Assembly: GCF_006345805.1 (NCBI RefSeq)
Contig: NC_042998.1
Span: 71,734,001-71,798,000, forward strand
Source: Octopus sinensis
Taxonomy: Eukaryota
Length of the DNA: 64,000 bases
Reading direction: 5' to 3'
The notes beneath the pieces were generated by a model. It had not been told where the DNA came from. It worked only from the letters and a program-made list of their open reading frames with translations, and ran no database searches. The translations under genes were made by a program, and so were the position numbers. Position 1 is the stretch's first letter. Each line of letters begins with the position of its first letter. This document shows, one piece after another, positions 51,560-64,000 of the stretch.

Positions 51560-52230
51560 TCCGTTCCTGTTTACATTAAGTTTACGTCGAGTTTTCTCTG
51601 TTTTTCTATTTTTCTCTTCAACATTATCCTCTATTCTTTTTGTCCATGTGAAGATCATCTATCGATTTACTTCATTAATCATTTCTGTATTTCCTCTTTC
51701 TTTTTTACACATGAAATGTCCAACATCTGTGTTTACATTAAAAGGAATGTATTCTGTCTTATAACGTTTTGCTTTTCTTCTCAATGATTGCATTTCACTT
51801 GTTTGTCTTTCTTTTACATTTATTATTCTTTTCCAATGCTATAATCCGAATTTTCAGAAAGTAACTGGCCTGTTGAGATTCAAATTTCTTTGGAGATTAT
51901 AGTGTAGTTCTTTTATCAATTGCGTACGGACGTATAGTCGCAGTCTCAAATTTTGTTTAGAAAGTAAAGTAGAAGCGTATTCTTCTCTTGTCTGTTTAAA
52001 CATTTCCTGTTTTATTTGAGAGTCTTAAGATCTGATGTGTAGCTCTTCAAAGACACTGAAAACATGTTCATCGAGTAACACTTGTTTTTTTCAATGGAGA
52101 GTCTGCAGTAAGCTTTAATTATCTGATACAAAGTACTTCCTTCATATCGAAATTCGGGCCTCGTGACACAGATCTGGTTTGCATCAATATTTTCTGGGGC
52201 TTCAATATATCAGGCGGGGAATAATTTTTA
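51560..52230 (-). mobile_element. Possible decayed retroelement Gag
   Basis: Stop-ridden frames such as EMFKQTREEY...LYVRTQLIKELHYNLQRNLNLNRPVTF end in Cys/His-rich knuckle-like remnants. Impressionistic only. Confidence 0.25.
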
Positions 52231-52955
52231 CCAAGTTAATGTTAATTTAGCACTGACAGAGTTATTCAATTATACATTAACTTTATATTATTATTATTTT
52301 TCTGATTTCATTCGTTGACCCTTATCAGTTATAAACATTTATTTGTACAATAATGACGTATTTGTCATAAGAAACGTCTTAATCATTCACAGCTGTACTC
52401 CTATCAGACAAGCCTACACGACTCTTCTCGATGCGGCTGCTGTTATATTCATCATCATCATCATCATCATCATCGTCGTCGTCGTCGTCATATGACAATT
52501 TTAATTGTGTGCATACGTACACTGCCTCGACAGGTACAACCTTCAAACTTTCTATTTTTATATGAAACTGAAAACACTGTCGGTCATATGCCTGAAATGC
52601 CTATTTGCACTAGTTGTAATGCGCCATAAACATATCTTAACTACTATGACTTCATTAATCTATGTTTGTCTGCATATTTGTAACCACTTATACGGTAATT
52701 ATTTTTATGAGGATTGTTTTAATTTCAGTTCACAGATTCGAGTTGCATCTGTTACGTTATCTTATTGGATAATGTATACATTTCCTTTTATGAAGAATAC
52801 ATTTACTTATATAGACTAAGAAAGTTGGGAAAAGAAGCTGGTTTGATCTTCCTGATTAGTTTTTGGTAGTTTCCGTTCCTATATGCAATGGATTATATAA
52901 GAGTATTCTAGTTTTGACATCCTTACGTCAAATATATAGGTAAGCGAATATTGTA

Positions 52956-53061
<106 letters not shown>

Positions 53062-53084
53062 CATCTTCCCTACCAAGAATTCAC

Positions 53085-53304
53085 AACGACCTCGAACCCA
53101 CAAGAGTAAACAAGAGAGACAGAGAAAGGCAGAAACAAGGAAAATCCACTTATATTTGAACACTATACAAATATTCTTCCAAAAACACTTTTCTTTTAAT
53201 TTTTTCTAAATTTAATTATTTAATTGTTACAGTTGAAAAGGTCGCAATGACTGAAACCAATACTGAAATTTCTTTATAAAATTATTTTCTATCTTGACTT
53301 GTTT

Positions 53305-53310
<6 letters not shown>
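53085..53310 (+). mobile_element. Third copy of the 21.9/22.2-kb repeat family, with a U3-A8 HHR motif at 53230-53265
   Basis: CAG-TTGAAAA-GGTC(GCAAT)GACT-GAAA-CCAA-TA-CTG. The copy at 21.96 kb keeps the palindrome ACCGGT at the equivalent position. Confidence 0.6.
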
Positions 53311-53349
<39 letters not shown>

Positions 53350-53658
53350 ATTCGCTTAGCTATATATTTCACGTAAGTACAGAGTATGATCAGTGTTTCA
53401 CTTGAAATATAAAGCTAATAATATTTTGTCAATATTATCAATCACTTGAATAATATTGGTGGCATATTGTATATTCGATATAGAAACTTTACTCTTTCGT
53501 TTGATCATAAATTTATGCATATCTCACAACTTTCATTGGGGCGTCATTTATAATTTTATCAAATCTACCCGTCGATATGCAGTAAATGCTATGAACATTT
53601 ATGCGCGTGCACACACACACGCACATTTCTAAATGTACATACATATGAACCATCCGCC

Positions 53659-54177
53659 CTTGAAGGCATGGCTGCTCTCGATTATTGGGATCGCCTTAAA
53701 GCCTTGAAGCTCTACTCTCTCCAGCGTCGCCGTGAGCGGTACATCATTTATACGATGTGGAGAATATACCGCCGACTTTGCCCAAACGACCTGAACATAA
53801 GCTTCAAGGTTCATCCAAGACTGGGACCACGGGCCATACGTCCCCTGCCCAATTCAAGATCACAGCATACAAATACACTACAACATAATTTCTTTTCCTC
53901 AACAGGCCCTGCCCTATTTAACATTGTCCCGAAAGAGATCAAAGAGGAACATGATCCCATCAACTTTAAACGGAGTTTGGATAGATTCCTTCAAGGAATA
54001 CCAGATAAGCCACCCATAATTGGATACAACTCACCCAACAAAAACTCACTACTTGAATGGACCATAAATAAAACTTGACTTAAACAGGATTCAAATAATC
54101 CTATCAGGTGGTGCTATTAAGTTAGACATGGCCTGGACCAATCATTGGTCGAAACACATCTAAGTTTATCTAAGTTT
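53659..54177 (+). mobile_element. CR1-type LINE 3' end (open 136-aa C-terminal frame, 3' UTR, (ATCTAAGTTT)2 tail)
   Basis: LDYWDRLKALKLYSLQRRRERY...FKRSLDRFLQGIPDKP; homologous to 62503-63285. Confidence 0.85.
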
Positions 54178-57100
54178 ATATACTTATCCACATCTCCATT
54201 AAAGTATTCATGTGTACATGCATATAGGTGTATGCATGAATATATACACATATTTGTTTATTAGGGTTCGTTATAAGGATTCGTCATAATGTTGCTTTTG
54301 TTCGTTGGACATGCAAGTATAAGGTAGTTAAGTAAAGATTACACGCCGACTTGATAAAAGATTAAGGAACTTTTGCGCCACCTGCAGCTCGACAGGTTCA
54401 AATGAAAACAATTTTTTTCCACATCTAAAATGATACTGTAACTACTGGACAGCGTCCAGTGTAGGTTTACTTGTCGGTTTGGTATTAAATTACTAACGGA
54501 AATAATCAAGAATCTGTCTCTAAATTTTGTACTGCTATTGTATTAACCGTTGTTCTTCGGAGCTGCCAACTCTCTCACTGATCCACTTGCCCTTCTACAT
54601 TTCACCCAGTCAGTAAAACCACGCTCTAATCATTGTACTCAGTTGATTTTTCCGAATATTTTGAGGTACAACAAATAAAATGAAGTTTCAATGGCATTCA
54701 TGGTGAATAAAGAAATAAAAAACGGCAGAGAATAAAAATACATTATGAATACTGTCACAAAATAGAATCTGAAACGGATAGGTATGAAACAAAGAAGAAA
54801 AAAGAGAAAAGTTCATGATCAGATCACAAAAGAACAAATTACAACGAATTACCTTTATGGAGTATAAAACTTGCTGTGAGCTTTCAAGAAAGGGCGACAC
54901 AAAGTGGAACAGAAAATCAAAGTAATAGAATAAAATAGGCTTAACAATCTTGTCATTAAAAGTTATATTCATTTAGGACCCCAGTCCTAAATAACAATAA
55001 CTGTAGGGTGCGACAACAAACTACAAAGTGCAAAATTATTAATGGAGCGTGCAACATAGGTTGCATGGAACTGCTGTATAGTGACAGTGCTATATCTTAT
55101 GTAGGAGAGATAGCCTTAAACGGATGTGAAAGGATAAATAATTTTTACATATTACTATAAAAAAGAGAAATCATAGTTTACCAATATACCCTTCAGTAAT
55201 ACACCAGATCAATACATAGAGCTGAAATTTAAGAAAAATGCTTTTCATACTTTACAGAAGCAGTACATGTGCAGGAAAATATTCTGACGTCCCAAAAAGA
55301 TTCGATAAAATGTGTGTAGAATAACAAATCCAACACAATAAGGTCTCACCCTCACCACTTGTACCACCAGTATTTACAGCACGCAAAAAAAGAAAACTAA
55401 ATTGAATCACATGCTTAAAACAAACATATATACCATAAATTACACACAGATGTTTTAAGTGATAACGATACAAATAAGAAATAAGGTAAATATATACAAT
55501 GGAAACAAAACAACACAATTAATTTACATACATAATATAAAGCTTCGAAACCATTTGAAAAAGTGTATCGATGTCAAAAACTAATGTATTGGGACAAAAT
55601 ATGTAAGACAAGTTAGTAAAAATAAACACATTCTAGCTACAAGCTGTAAATGCATTTTATTGGCTGCGTTGTCTTCCCAACGTACAACACTATCGATTTC
55701 AATAAACAGTTTCAGATAAAAATTCTTGCAAAATAAATACAATGTATTTTATAAGAAAATATACAAAGCCTAAGAACATGTGTAAGAATTCAAATTTTCA
55801 GTCTGAGTATTAAAATATATTTTCTGTAATTATTTCCATTGGAGTTGCGTAATCTAAATATACAGTAAAATACATTTTGATTATTGAACTTTTAGACATA
55901 ATATAAACTATCTCTCAAACGTAAATTTCCTTTTTTTCTATATTCTTTAATCAATGTTCTTTAATCCCAGAATCTGCCATTGAATAACGAATACAATTCC
56001 TACACCCCTTTAATGTCATTATAAAAGGCATCTTTGAATTACCGTCTTTTATCAGAAATGAGAGCATAACTTGCTATGTTTACTGTGAATATTCTGAGTA
56101 GTCTAGAAAACTGTGAGCTGAATATTAATATTTTCGCGCTAAAAAACGAAGTGTCTTACTACACACAATGGAAAATATTTCTTGAACATGCTTGCCGTAT
56201 TACTTTTTATATATTAATCGTAGGCAATTGTTTCTATTTTCTTCTGAAAGACGACCTATAATAATAAAAATTGTTGCAGAAATGACGTATTCTTCTCATA
56301 ATCAGGTGTTATAATATTTGCTGCTGCATTAATTTAGTAAAGTGAGACATATGTTAGTATTAATTTAGAGAAAATAAATAGACATTGAAGGATAAATATT
56401 GACCCTAAAAATCTACATGAAATTTCCTTACCATTCCCACGCAATTGTAAAAGAGAAATGCACCTAACATGCAAGAAATCTGAAGCTAAAATTAAAATCT
56501 CAGGAAAACAATAATCTATGATTACTTTGGCACCTCGGGTAGGTCATGATGCCAATAATACACGCATACACATTTAAATTTTTTTTCTCTACCATTCATT
56601 AATTGGCTAAATATTTAACCAAGCAATTGATGAAAACTAAAGAAGTGAGACAGAAGCCGTGCGAGTGTATATTATAGGCATTATAGTTGTGCCGGTATAC
56701 AACGAGATCAATTTTAACGCATAAGTTTACCTTAAGAATCTTGCAAAACAAATACGAAAGCGAATTATTTATAGAATAGCAACGAGTCCAATTAAACGTG
56801 ATGAGAGATGAATGCAGATAACGTAGGAGGAATAATTGCCAATGAGATGCGTGTTACGTCATATGAAACCTATACAAGTATTGAATGATTTAAATAAATG
56901 TTACTATTTGTTTATGTGCAGAAAATATTACAATAGTTGAGCGTTTGGCACTACATATCATGATCAATCATTACACACCTTTCACTGAAACACAATCCAC
57001 ACAGCAAGATTTACGAAATACGAAATGCATTGAATTATCATTACACGATATCAATGCAAAAACACCTGCATATACGTATAATTATGTGCCACTTCCATCG

Positions 57101-59079
57101 TGCTATATTAAAATTATATTAGGTTCGTAAATACCTTCACCGTAAATCATTTTATATTAAAATGCCTTTTATAGTGTAAAAGGACACTTTTCTATTTAAA
57201 TCGTGTGACTTTGCAAATCTGCTCAAATTGTAATCAAGTTTATATTCGTAGTTGTAATATTTTCTCCATGATGAATGTGTCTGGAATATGATTGCACTAA
57301 AGGTAGTGGAAATAGAATATCATTGGAGTAATTAACATCATTTAGCCTTTTCAAACACCATTGATTTATCTCATAATCTTACCAGAATTCACATATTTAA
57401 AACATCTGTGATAATATTTGATAGCTGAATTAAAGTGTATGTACTTGTGCGTGTGCATATGTGTGTGTGCGTGCGTGTGTGTGTGTGAGTGTATGTATAT
57501 GTGCAGTTCATGTGATGAGATTTTGTATACATATGCAGGCTAGGTGCTTTCGTAGAATTAAATAATTTAAAGTCAGGGTATGCTAAATATAAATTAACTC
57601 TATGAATTGCATTTTGGCATTAATAGCTACATTAGCAGATATATTCCATGCAGTAACTTTTCTGAAGTGTTCAGTTGTATATAGAAATGTATTTCTATTA
57701 AAAGTTAATAAAAATAGGATAAACACAGCCCGTTCCCTTTTCAGCCTTACTCATTCGGGCGGCAGTCATGAGATAAGTACAGGTAGATATGTTTACTGCA
57801 TCCCTATAGGTTTTGGTAGAGGTACACTACACTCCTGCGTTATATGTGTATTAGCGTAATGTTGATCTTTTTATATGTTATGCACCTGGAGTTGACAGGA
57901 GCTTCTACCTTTGTGGTACGTGGTGTTTGTTTAGAAGTAACCGGAATTCAGTCAGTTGAGGTGCAAAGAAGTTCATGAGGTGATGGGGTTTGAAATTATT
58001 AATGGCATAACATCGTTCGTATATCATTCACCTTATCACAAAATGGATTTAGAAGTTCCCAATTTGTTTTATAAGTAAAAGCAATTTTTTTTAAAGATAT
58101 TAAAGTGTAATTATCTGTGTCTAATTATATTTCTTCTACAAATTGTAAATCATTATATTTTTTTCTTTAGCGCAACACACTTCTCTGTAAAAGAAATATA
58201 ATTTTTAGCTAAATATGAAAAATATTTTGGATATGTTTTAAGATTATTTAGAATTACTAATAAAGCATAAAATAAATAAGAGCTTGACAAGAAATTGGCC
58301 ACGGCAAAAGACAAAAAAGTGCGGTATTAAATTCCGTCTCATTAAGCTAGGGCCAACTTTGTCTCTATTTCTTTGGAGGATGAGGCAATAAGTATCACTC
58401 ATATATTTGGTCTCATTATTTGATTGTGTGCCATCCGAAAATAGAGTTTTGCTCTGCGCTTAAGTTAAAACCCAATATTATAGTAACAGTTTATGAATCA
58501 GATCTTTAATTTCAAACATGAAAGATCATATTAACATGTTTAATCGAAATTGTTATGCAAGTATGGTTGGTTTGTATCTTTTGATGCATCTACATAAATA
58601 TTATTGATTTATCTGTATTTTAAATTTTAGAATCTAGCAAAGAATCCGTGTTTTAAACAAATGCATTTCCATACATAGTGGAAGGATTGTTGTTAAAGTG
58701 TAAAAATCGCTGATTGTTTGAGAAAGGAAATGCTATGAGAGCTGGTAACTGAACGGGAAAGGATGGTGCATTACTGTGGTGGTACGTTTCCTGCCTGTCA
58801 AATAAAATAATAATTTGTTTGAAACTATGTATTTTGTTGCACTGTAAGTTACAATACTGGTCTACTCATTTTCTACCCCGGAATTCAATACATAATTTAC
58901 TTTAGATATATTTACGACTATTTAGGATGGTGGAGTGGCTATTTTCAGATGTATCTTATTCATTGTCTTTGAGTATTTTTCTATGAACCAAGAACTTTTG
59001 AAATACATTCCATCTCTTAAAACTTGTAACGCAGGCGTGCAATCTCCTTTAGGTACGAGGCATGTAATTTAGAGAAGGT

Positions 59080-59225
59080 AGCGACACGACCTTCTCCAGT
59101 TCTGTTCTTCACTGGTACTTCATTTTGCTTACTTCAGAGGAAAGGAAGTTGACTTAAGCCGGAATTCAAAATATAAGGGTCCAGATGAAATGGCATAAGA
59201 CAATTTTTCCGACGCAGTAATGCTA
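59080..59225 (-). mobile_element. Degenerate SINE copy (5064 family)
   Basis: The reverse strand keeps TTGAATTCCGGC..GTCAACTT.CCTTTC...AAGTACCAGT. Confidence 0.5.
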
Positions 59226-60951
59226 ATGCACCGTTCATAGTCTATCACATATATTTGCATTCAAATAATCATGCGCGCTTGAATCGAGCTCCTTGTTTTT
59301 CATCAAGCATGGTAGCTGGCTAAAGGTGGTTGGATGATACAATCAACATTAATTAGTTTTGTTCTTACCAATCGCTGTAACAACGTTGTAAAGGACAACG
59401 GTAATGCGATGGAAAGAACACTTTACATCCTATTCTATGTTATTCCTTTATTCTTGTCTCAGTCATTTGACTGTAGCCATACTGGAGCACCGCCTTATAT
59501 TTATGTTTACTAAAGATTTGGAACCCCTTTAAGCAAAATTCAAATATTTGATCGGAAAATCATAGTCGAAGCAAAATGGAATAACTCCATTTACGTAGCG
59601 GTTAAATTTAATTCTAAACATGAACACAATTTTGAGAAACTAAGTATTATATCATGTCTCAATCCCCAAATAAAGTACTACTCAAGAACTGAGAAAGAGA
59701 GAATCCTCCTTAAAAATACTAATCGTATGTTTCAATTATAAATGAGTTTGTGCGATGGCGTTGCATGCTTTTTCCGAATTAAATGTAGTAAGGAAAATCT
59801 CGGTTTATAGGAAAACCATTAAAAGCAATAGAGCAACATAGATCAGAAAGCTGTAACCCAATTACTACGAAACTTCTACATAATCAGTAATTCAAATCCA
59901 TCAGCAAGTCTAGAATCACTTAATACTTCGATGGAGTAGCATTCACTATGACAGTGAAATTCTATAACTATGAAATAATACGCAAATATCAGTATAGAAA
60001 AATAAGTATCGGAAATATCAGTATAAATAAATATCAGAAATAGGTGAGACTTATTATATATTATTATGTATGATAAATGTTAGATAACATACTATATAAT
60101 TTCGAGCGAAAAGTAGAGCTGCATAACAATTATCTCAAAACAGAATTCTTAAGATCAATACCAAATGCCATAATGTTTCTATATATTGAATATATTATTT
60201 TGGAGAAATATGAACACCTGAGCTATAAAATGCAAAAATTTCGAAGAAATGTGCTAACATTGAAATGCACTTTCTGCCTGTTACAGAAGACTTATAATGC
60301 ATTCATAAATGTATATTTAAGTACAGAAATCCACTCGTTACCAGTTAATGGACAATCTAAATGAGAGCGAAGGTATGCTATATAATATGCCGTGCAGGAA
60401 ATAGCAACCAAATTTCTCTAGGCATTAATGAATAAAGATATATTGGACAATATCGTCAATGCCATGTAAGAAAAAACGCGATAAACATGGAAATATTGGA
60501 GTACATATCTTACATCGAAACAGACTTGAAGAAGAACGAAAGCATTGAAGCAAATTATATTACTTTCGAAATATAGGACATTGGAAAATAAAAGATAATC
60601 ACACGAGCATTACTTATGCAATATCGGACGATGAAATATCTTGTAAAGAAACGACGTAAAATTCGCAATACTAGCCAAATTTAAAGCAATTTTTCATACG
60701 TTCATGTTTTTGTGAGTAAATTCAAGAAGGACCATACTGAAGCATGATGGATAATATTCATATAAGAGAAGACACGATGCAACAAATCTTATTTAATTAT
60801 TCGGTGGATACGTGTAATATCTCCATCCACTTGTGGATACATCCGACCATAAAATCAATTGCACCAAATATTTAGATCTGCTTGAATAATTTCTTTTCAC
60901 TTATATGTGACACGTACCTAAAAAAACCATATCTATCTATTTATTTATATT

Positions 60952-61009
<58 letters not shown>

Positions 61010-61030
61010 TATTGTGTATATAAAGCTCTG

Positions 61031-61114
<84 letters not shown>

Positions 61115-61124
61115 AGATTGTGTT

Positions 61125-61159
<35 letters not shown>

Positions 61160-61540
61160 CGAGCAAAATGCCACCCGTCCAATGGACGGTGCTGAGTTGT
61201 CAAACATTTAAAACTAATTTTCTCAAAACAACTCGTCCTACCGTCCCATAGGCCTCCCTTTTGAGAAACACTGATTTAACCTAAATTTGAGATACCAGCA
61301 AAAGAGGAAATAAATATAGACTTTTTCTAGTGCAAGAAAAACGATTTAACAAATGCACGTTTCCACGGCTTTATCGATCGCATTCTCACCTGGAATCGAT
61401 TTTTGTAATTTTTTCAAGACTTATACACGCGCTGATACCGTCGGTATCTACATATCAAATTTGAGCGCAATCGGATCGAGGATGCCCGAGATCCTAGAAG
61501 ACACACGCACAGACAGACAAAACGGATTTTATATAATAGA
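61160..61540 (-). mobile_element. Non-autonomous Helitron (about 381 bp)
   Basis: Minus-strand 5' end TCTATTATATAAAA, internal (GTCT)n, 3' hairpin CCGTCC-ATT-GGACGG about 14 nt before a CTCG end (variant of CTAG). Inserted between A and T with no TSD. Confidence 0.65.
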
Positions 61541-61881
61541 TACGTAGATGTGTATATATATTGAAATACGCGCATAAACACAACACATGAAAGAAAAACC
61601 TCTCGTAATTGATATGGTCATAGGTTTGGCCTGAGTGTAATGAGGCAGAAGGCAAAACCTGCTCTACGTTGCAGTCGACCAATTTTACTGAAGTTGCTAT
61701 TATGCTTAGTAGATGTGCAATTTCTATGATTGCTGGTGACTTTCTACTTACTTGAACTTGTTTTTGTCGTTAAATTTCTATATTTGCTGCGAATTTGTTA
61801 TAGAATTTTTTCGGATTATATACAAATATTGCTGAGCTAGTGTATATATACCCATATTGCGATAGAGTCAAAATTTCAGAT

Positions 61882-61912
<31 letters not shown>

Positions 61913-62502
61913 ATACACACAAACTCACACGCACACACACACACATACACACAAACTCACACGCACACACACACACATACACACAAACCTTATCTGGGAG
62001 ATCTTGGAAAGTAAATCGCCAAATTTTAAGGCATGTTTTGTAACATCTAATGTATTTGGCAAATAAAACTGCTTCATCCATATTTCAGTCCTCTAGCAAT
62101 CAGTACCTCTATAGATTTATCCCTGGGGCAAAAATTTGTATTTCACGGGACAGTAACATAATATACATAGGCCTAATGGGTCCTCTCTTAGTACACAAAA
62201 GTGTTATGTAGCCGTAAGAAAAGTATTCATTGCAGTGTAATGGAGAAATATTCTCGCTGTAGGGAAAATGGTGTAAAGTCACCATAGTCATATACATATA
62301 TCTGTGTCTGAGTGTGTTTCTACGCGCGCGCGTGTGTGTGTGGGCGTGTACACGCGCATTGTGGTGTGTTTACAAACTAGACACAGCATGCTGAAATTCA
62401 GGTGTCCCAGCGTGCACTGCATATATGCGGCGAGTGTATCTTCAATAAAATGACGCCGTAAAAATACAAAATGCTATTTTCCTAATATAATTTAGACTAA
62501 TC

Positions 62503-63285
62503 TCTCGCGGCGTCCAACAACATCAGAGACTTGGGAGTAATTGTGGACAACAACGTAAGCTGGGCCACTCATATAAACACCAAAGTTGACATGGCCCGCA
62601 GAATGTGTTCCTGGATTCTCAGAACTTTCCAGTCGAGAGATATCCACACCATTATCCTTCTCTTCTCCACTTTTGCCCGACCCCACCTTGAATACTGTTG
62701 TCCACTGTGGTCTACCCACACAATACAAGGTATCATAAAAGTTGAAGCACCTCAAAGGGCAATCACAAAAAAGATAGATGGCATGACAGGCCTCGACTAT
62801 TGGGGTCGACTAGAAAGCTAAAACTCTATTCTCTCCAACGTCGTCGTGAGCGCTACTCATCTGCATGATGTGGAAAATATTCCATCAGCATTGCCCAAAT
62901 GATGTTGGCATCACCTTTAAGGTACATCCAAGGCTTGGGCCCCGTGCCATCCGCCCAAAACAAAAATCGCACTCTCATCTCATAACAACAATACGGCACA
63001 ATTATTTCACCTCAATTGGCCCCGCTCTCTTTAACATTACACCAAAACACATTAAAACAGAAACTGACCCTATAGGGTTCAAGAAGTCTTTGGACAGATT
63101 CCTTCAAGAAATCCCGGATAAACCCCCTACACCCGGATATGTCTCTGTAAACAATAACTCTCTACTTGAGTGGGCCATAGTGCCCAAATTCTGACTTGAA
63201 AGACTTCACCAGGTGGTGCTATTAAGTTAGACATGGCCTGGGCCAATAATGGCCGAAACCTATCAAAGTATCAAAGTATCAAAGT
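62503..63285 (+). mobile_element. CR1-type LINE 3' fragment with two frameshifts and an (ATCAAAGT)3 tail
   Basis: RDLGVIVDNNVSWATHI...RPHLEYCCPLWS...EAPQRAITKKIDGMTGLDYWGRL...YSLQRRRERY...FKKSLDRFLQEIPDKP. Confidence 0.9.
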
Positions 63286-63379
63286 AATCACATACACATC
63301 CGTACATGCATATATATTGACTCGCACACACATACATCCACAAAGAGAGAGAGGGACACACATACACGCACACTCATGG

Positions 63380-63410
<31 letters not shown>

Positions 63411-63579
63411 GACACACACATATATATACATATATATACACATATACATATAAACATATTCACTATGCATACATAACATGTATAAGTATATATATATATA
63501 TATATATACACACAAACATGTACATATCTATGTAAAATATGCACACATGCTGACATACACACACGCACACACACACACT

Positions 63580-63611
<32 letters not shown>

Positions 63612-64000
63612 ATATATATCGGGGGGTGTATTTGTGTGTGTCTGCGTACTCACGCGCTCGGGCGCGTTTGTGTATCTGCGTGTGTGTATATTTTAGAGTA
63701 GGTATATTCAAACAGCTGTAAGAAATTTTGTGTCCCGCGCTCATGTATCTATGTGCATGTGTTGTTCTTTGTGTTTAGTTGCTGTGAATATACAATGAAA
63801 GGATTGCCAATATACTTTATTTTATTCACAGACTTCATGGTATCAGAATTGACCAACTATAAAATACTTGCACGAAAGGAATAAATCCTTCAATGGTAAC
63901 ACTCTATACTTTAGGCATGTTCTCTTCAAATTTTCACTTCTACAATTATTACCGATCTTGTTTAAACATCTCCTATAAAGTATTCGAACTAGATATTGTG

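Noticed and set aside
60480-60800. Possible mariner remnant
   Set aside because: No TIR or diagnostic motif could be read.
61990-62290. Exon-like block on the minus strand with an acceptor-like TTTTCCCTACAG
   Set aside because: All three frames contain stops and I recognise no protein.

Overview
AT-rich eukaryotic DNA, dense in microsatellites and repeats. The SINE and LINE families look like octopod cephalopod (Octopus-like) repeats; this is inferred from recognition, not from a search. I found no intact host gene, RNA gene or CRISPR array. Contents: (1) one decayed spliced gene on the minus strand (6.1-7.6 kb). (2) Many (TA)n-flanked small elements carrying minimal type-I hammerhead ribozyme (HHR) motifs with palindromic stem III, as known from Penelope-like elements and retrozymes. 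Three of them are 350-534 bp tandem units followed by an inverted copy. Across families the core 3-8 pair occurs as C-G, U-A and G-C. (3) A mariner fragment fused to a Gypsy 5' LTR-gag-protease fragment that has a duplicated tRNA-Ser primer-binding site. (4) A cluster of about 8 R4/Dong-type RLE-LINE pieces in (TAA)n tracts at 29-37.7 kb, plus one at 40.7 kb. (5) RTE and CR1 LINE remnants, tRNA-derived SINEs, a deleted mariner with both TIRs, and a small non-autonomous Helitron. Most ORFs in the supplied track are microsatellite or antisense artefacts. All alignments, translations and foldings were done by eye.
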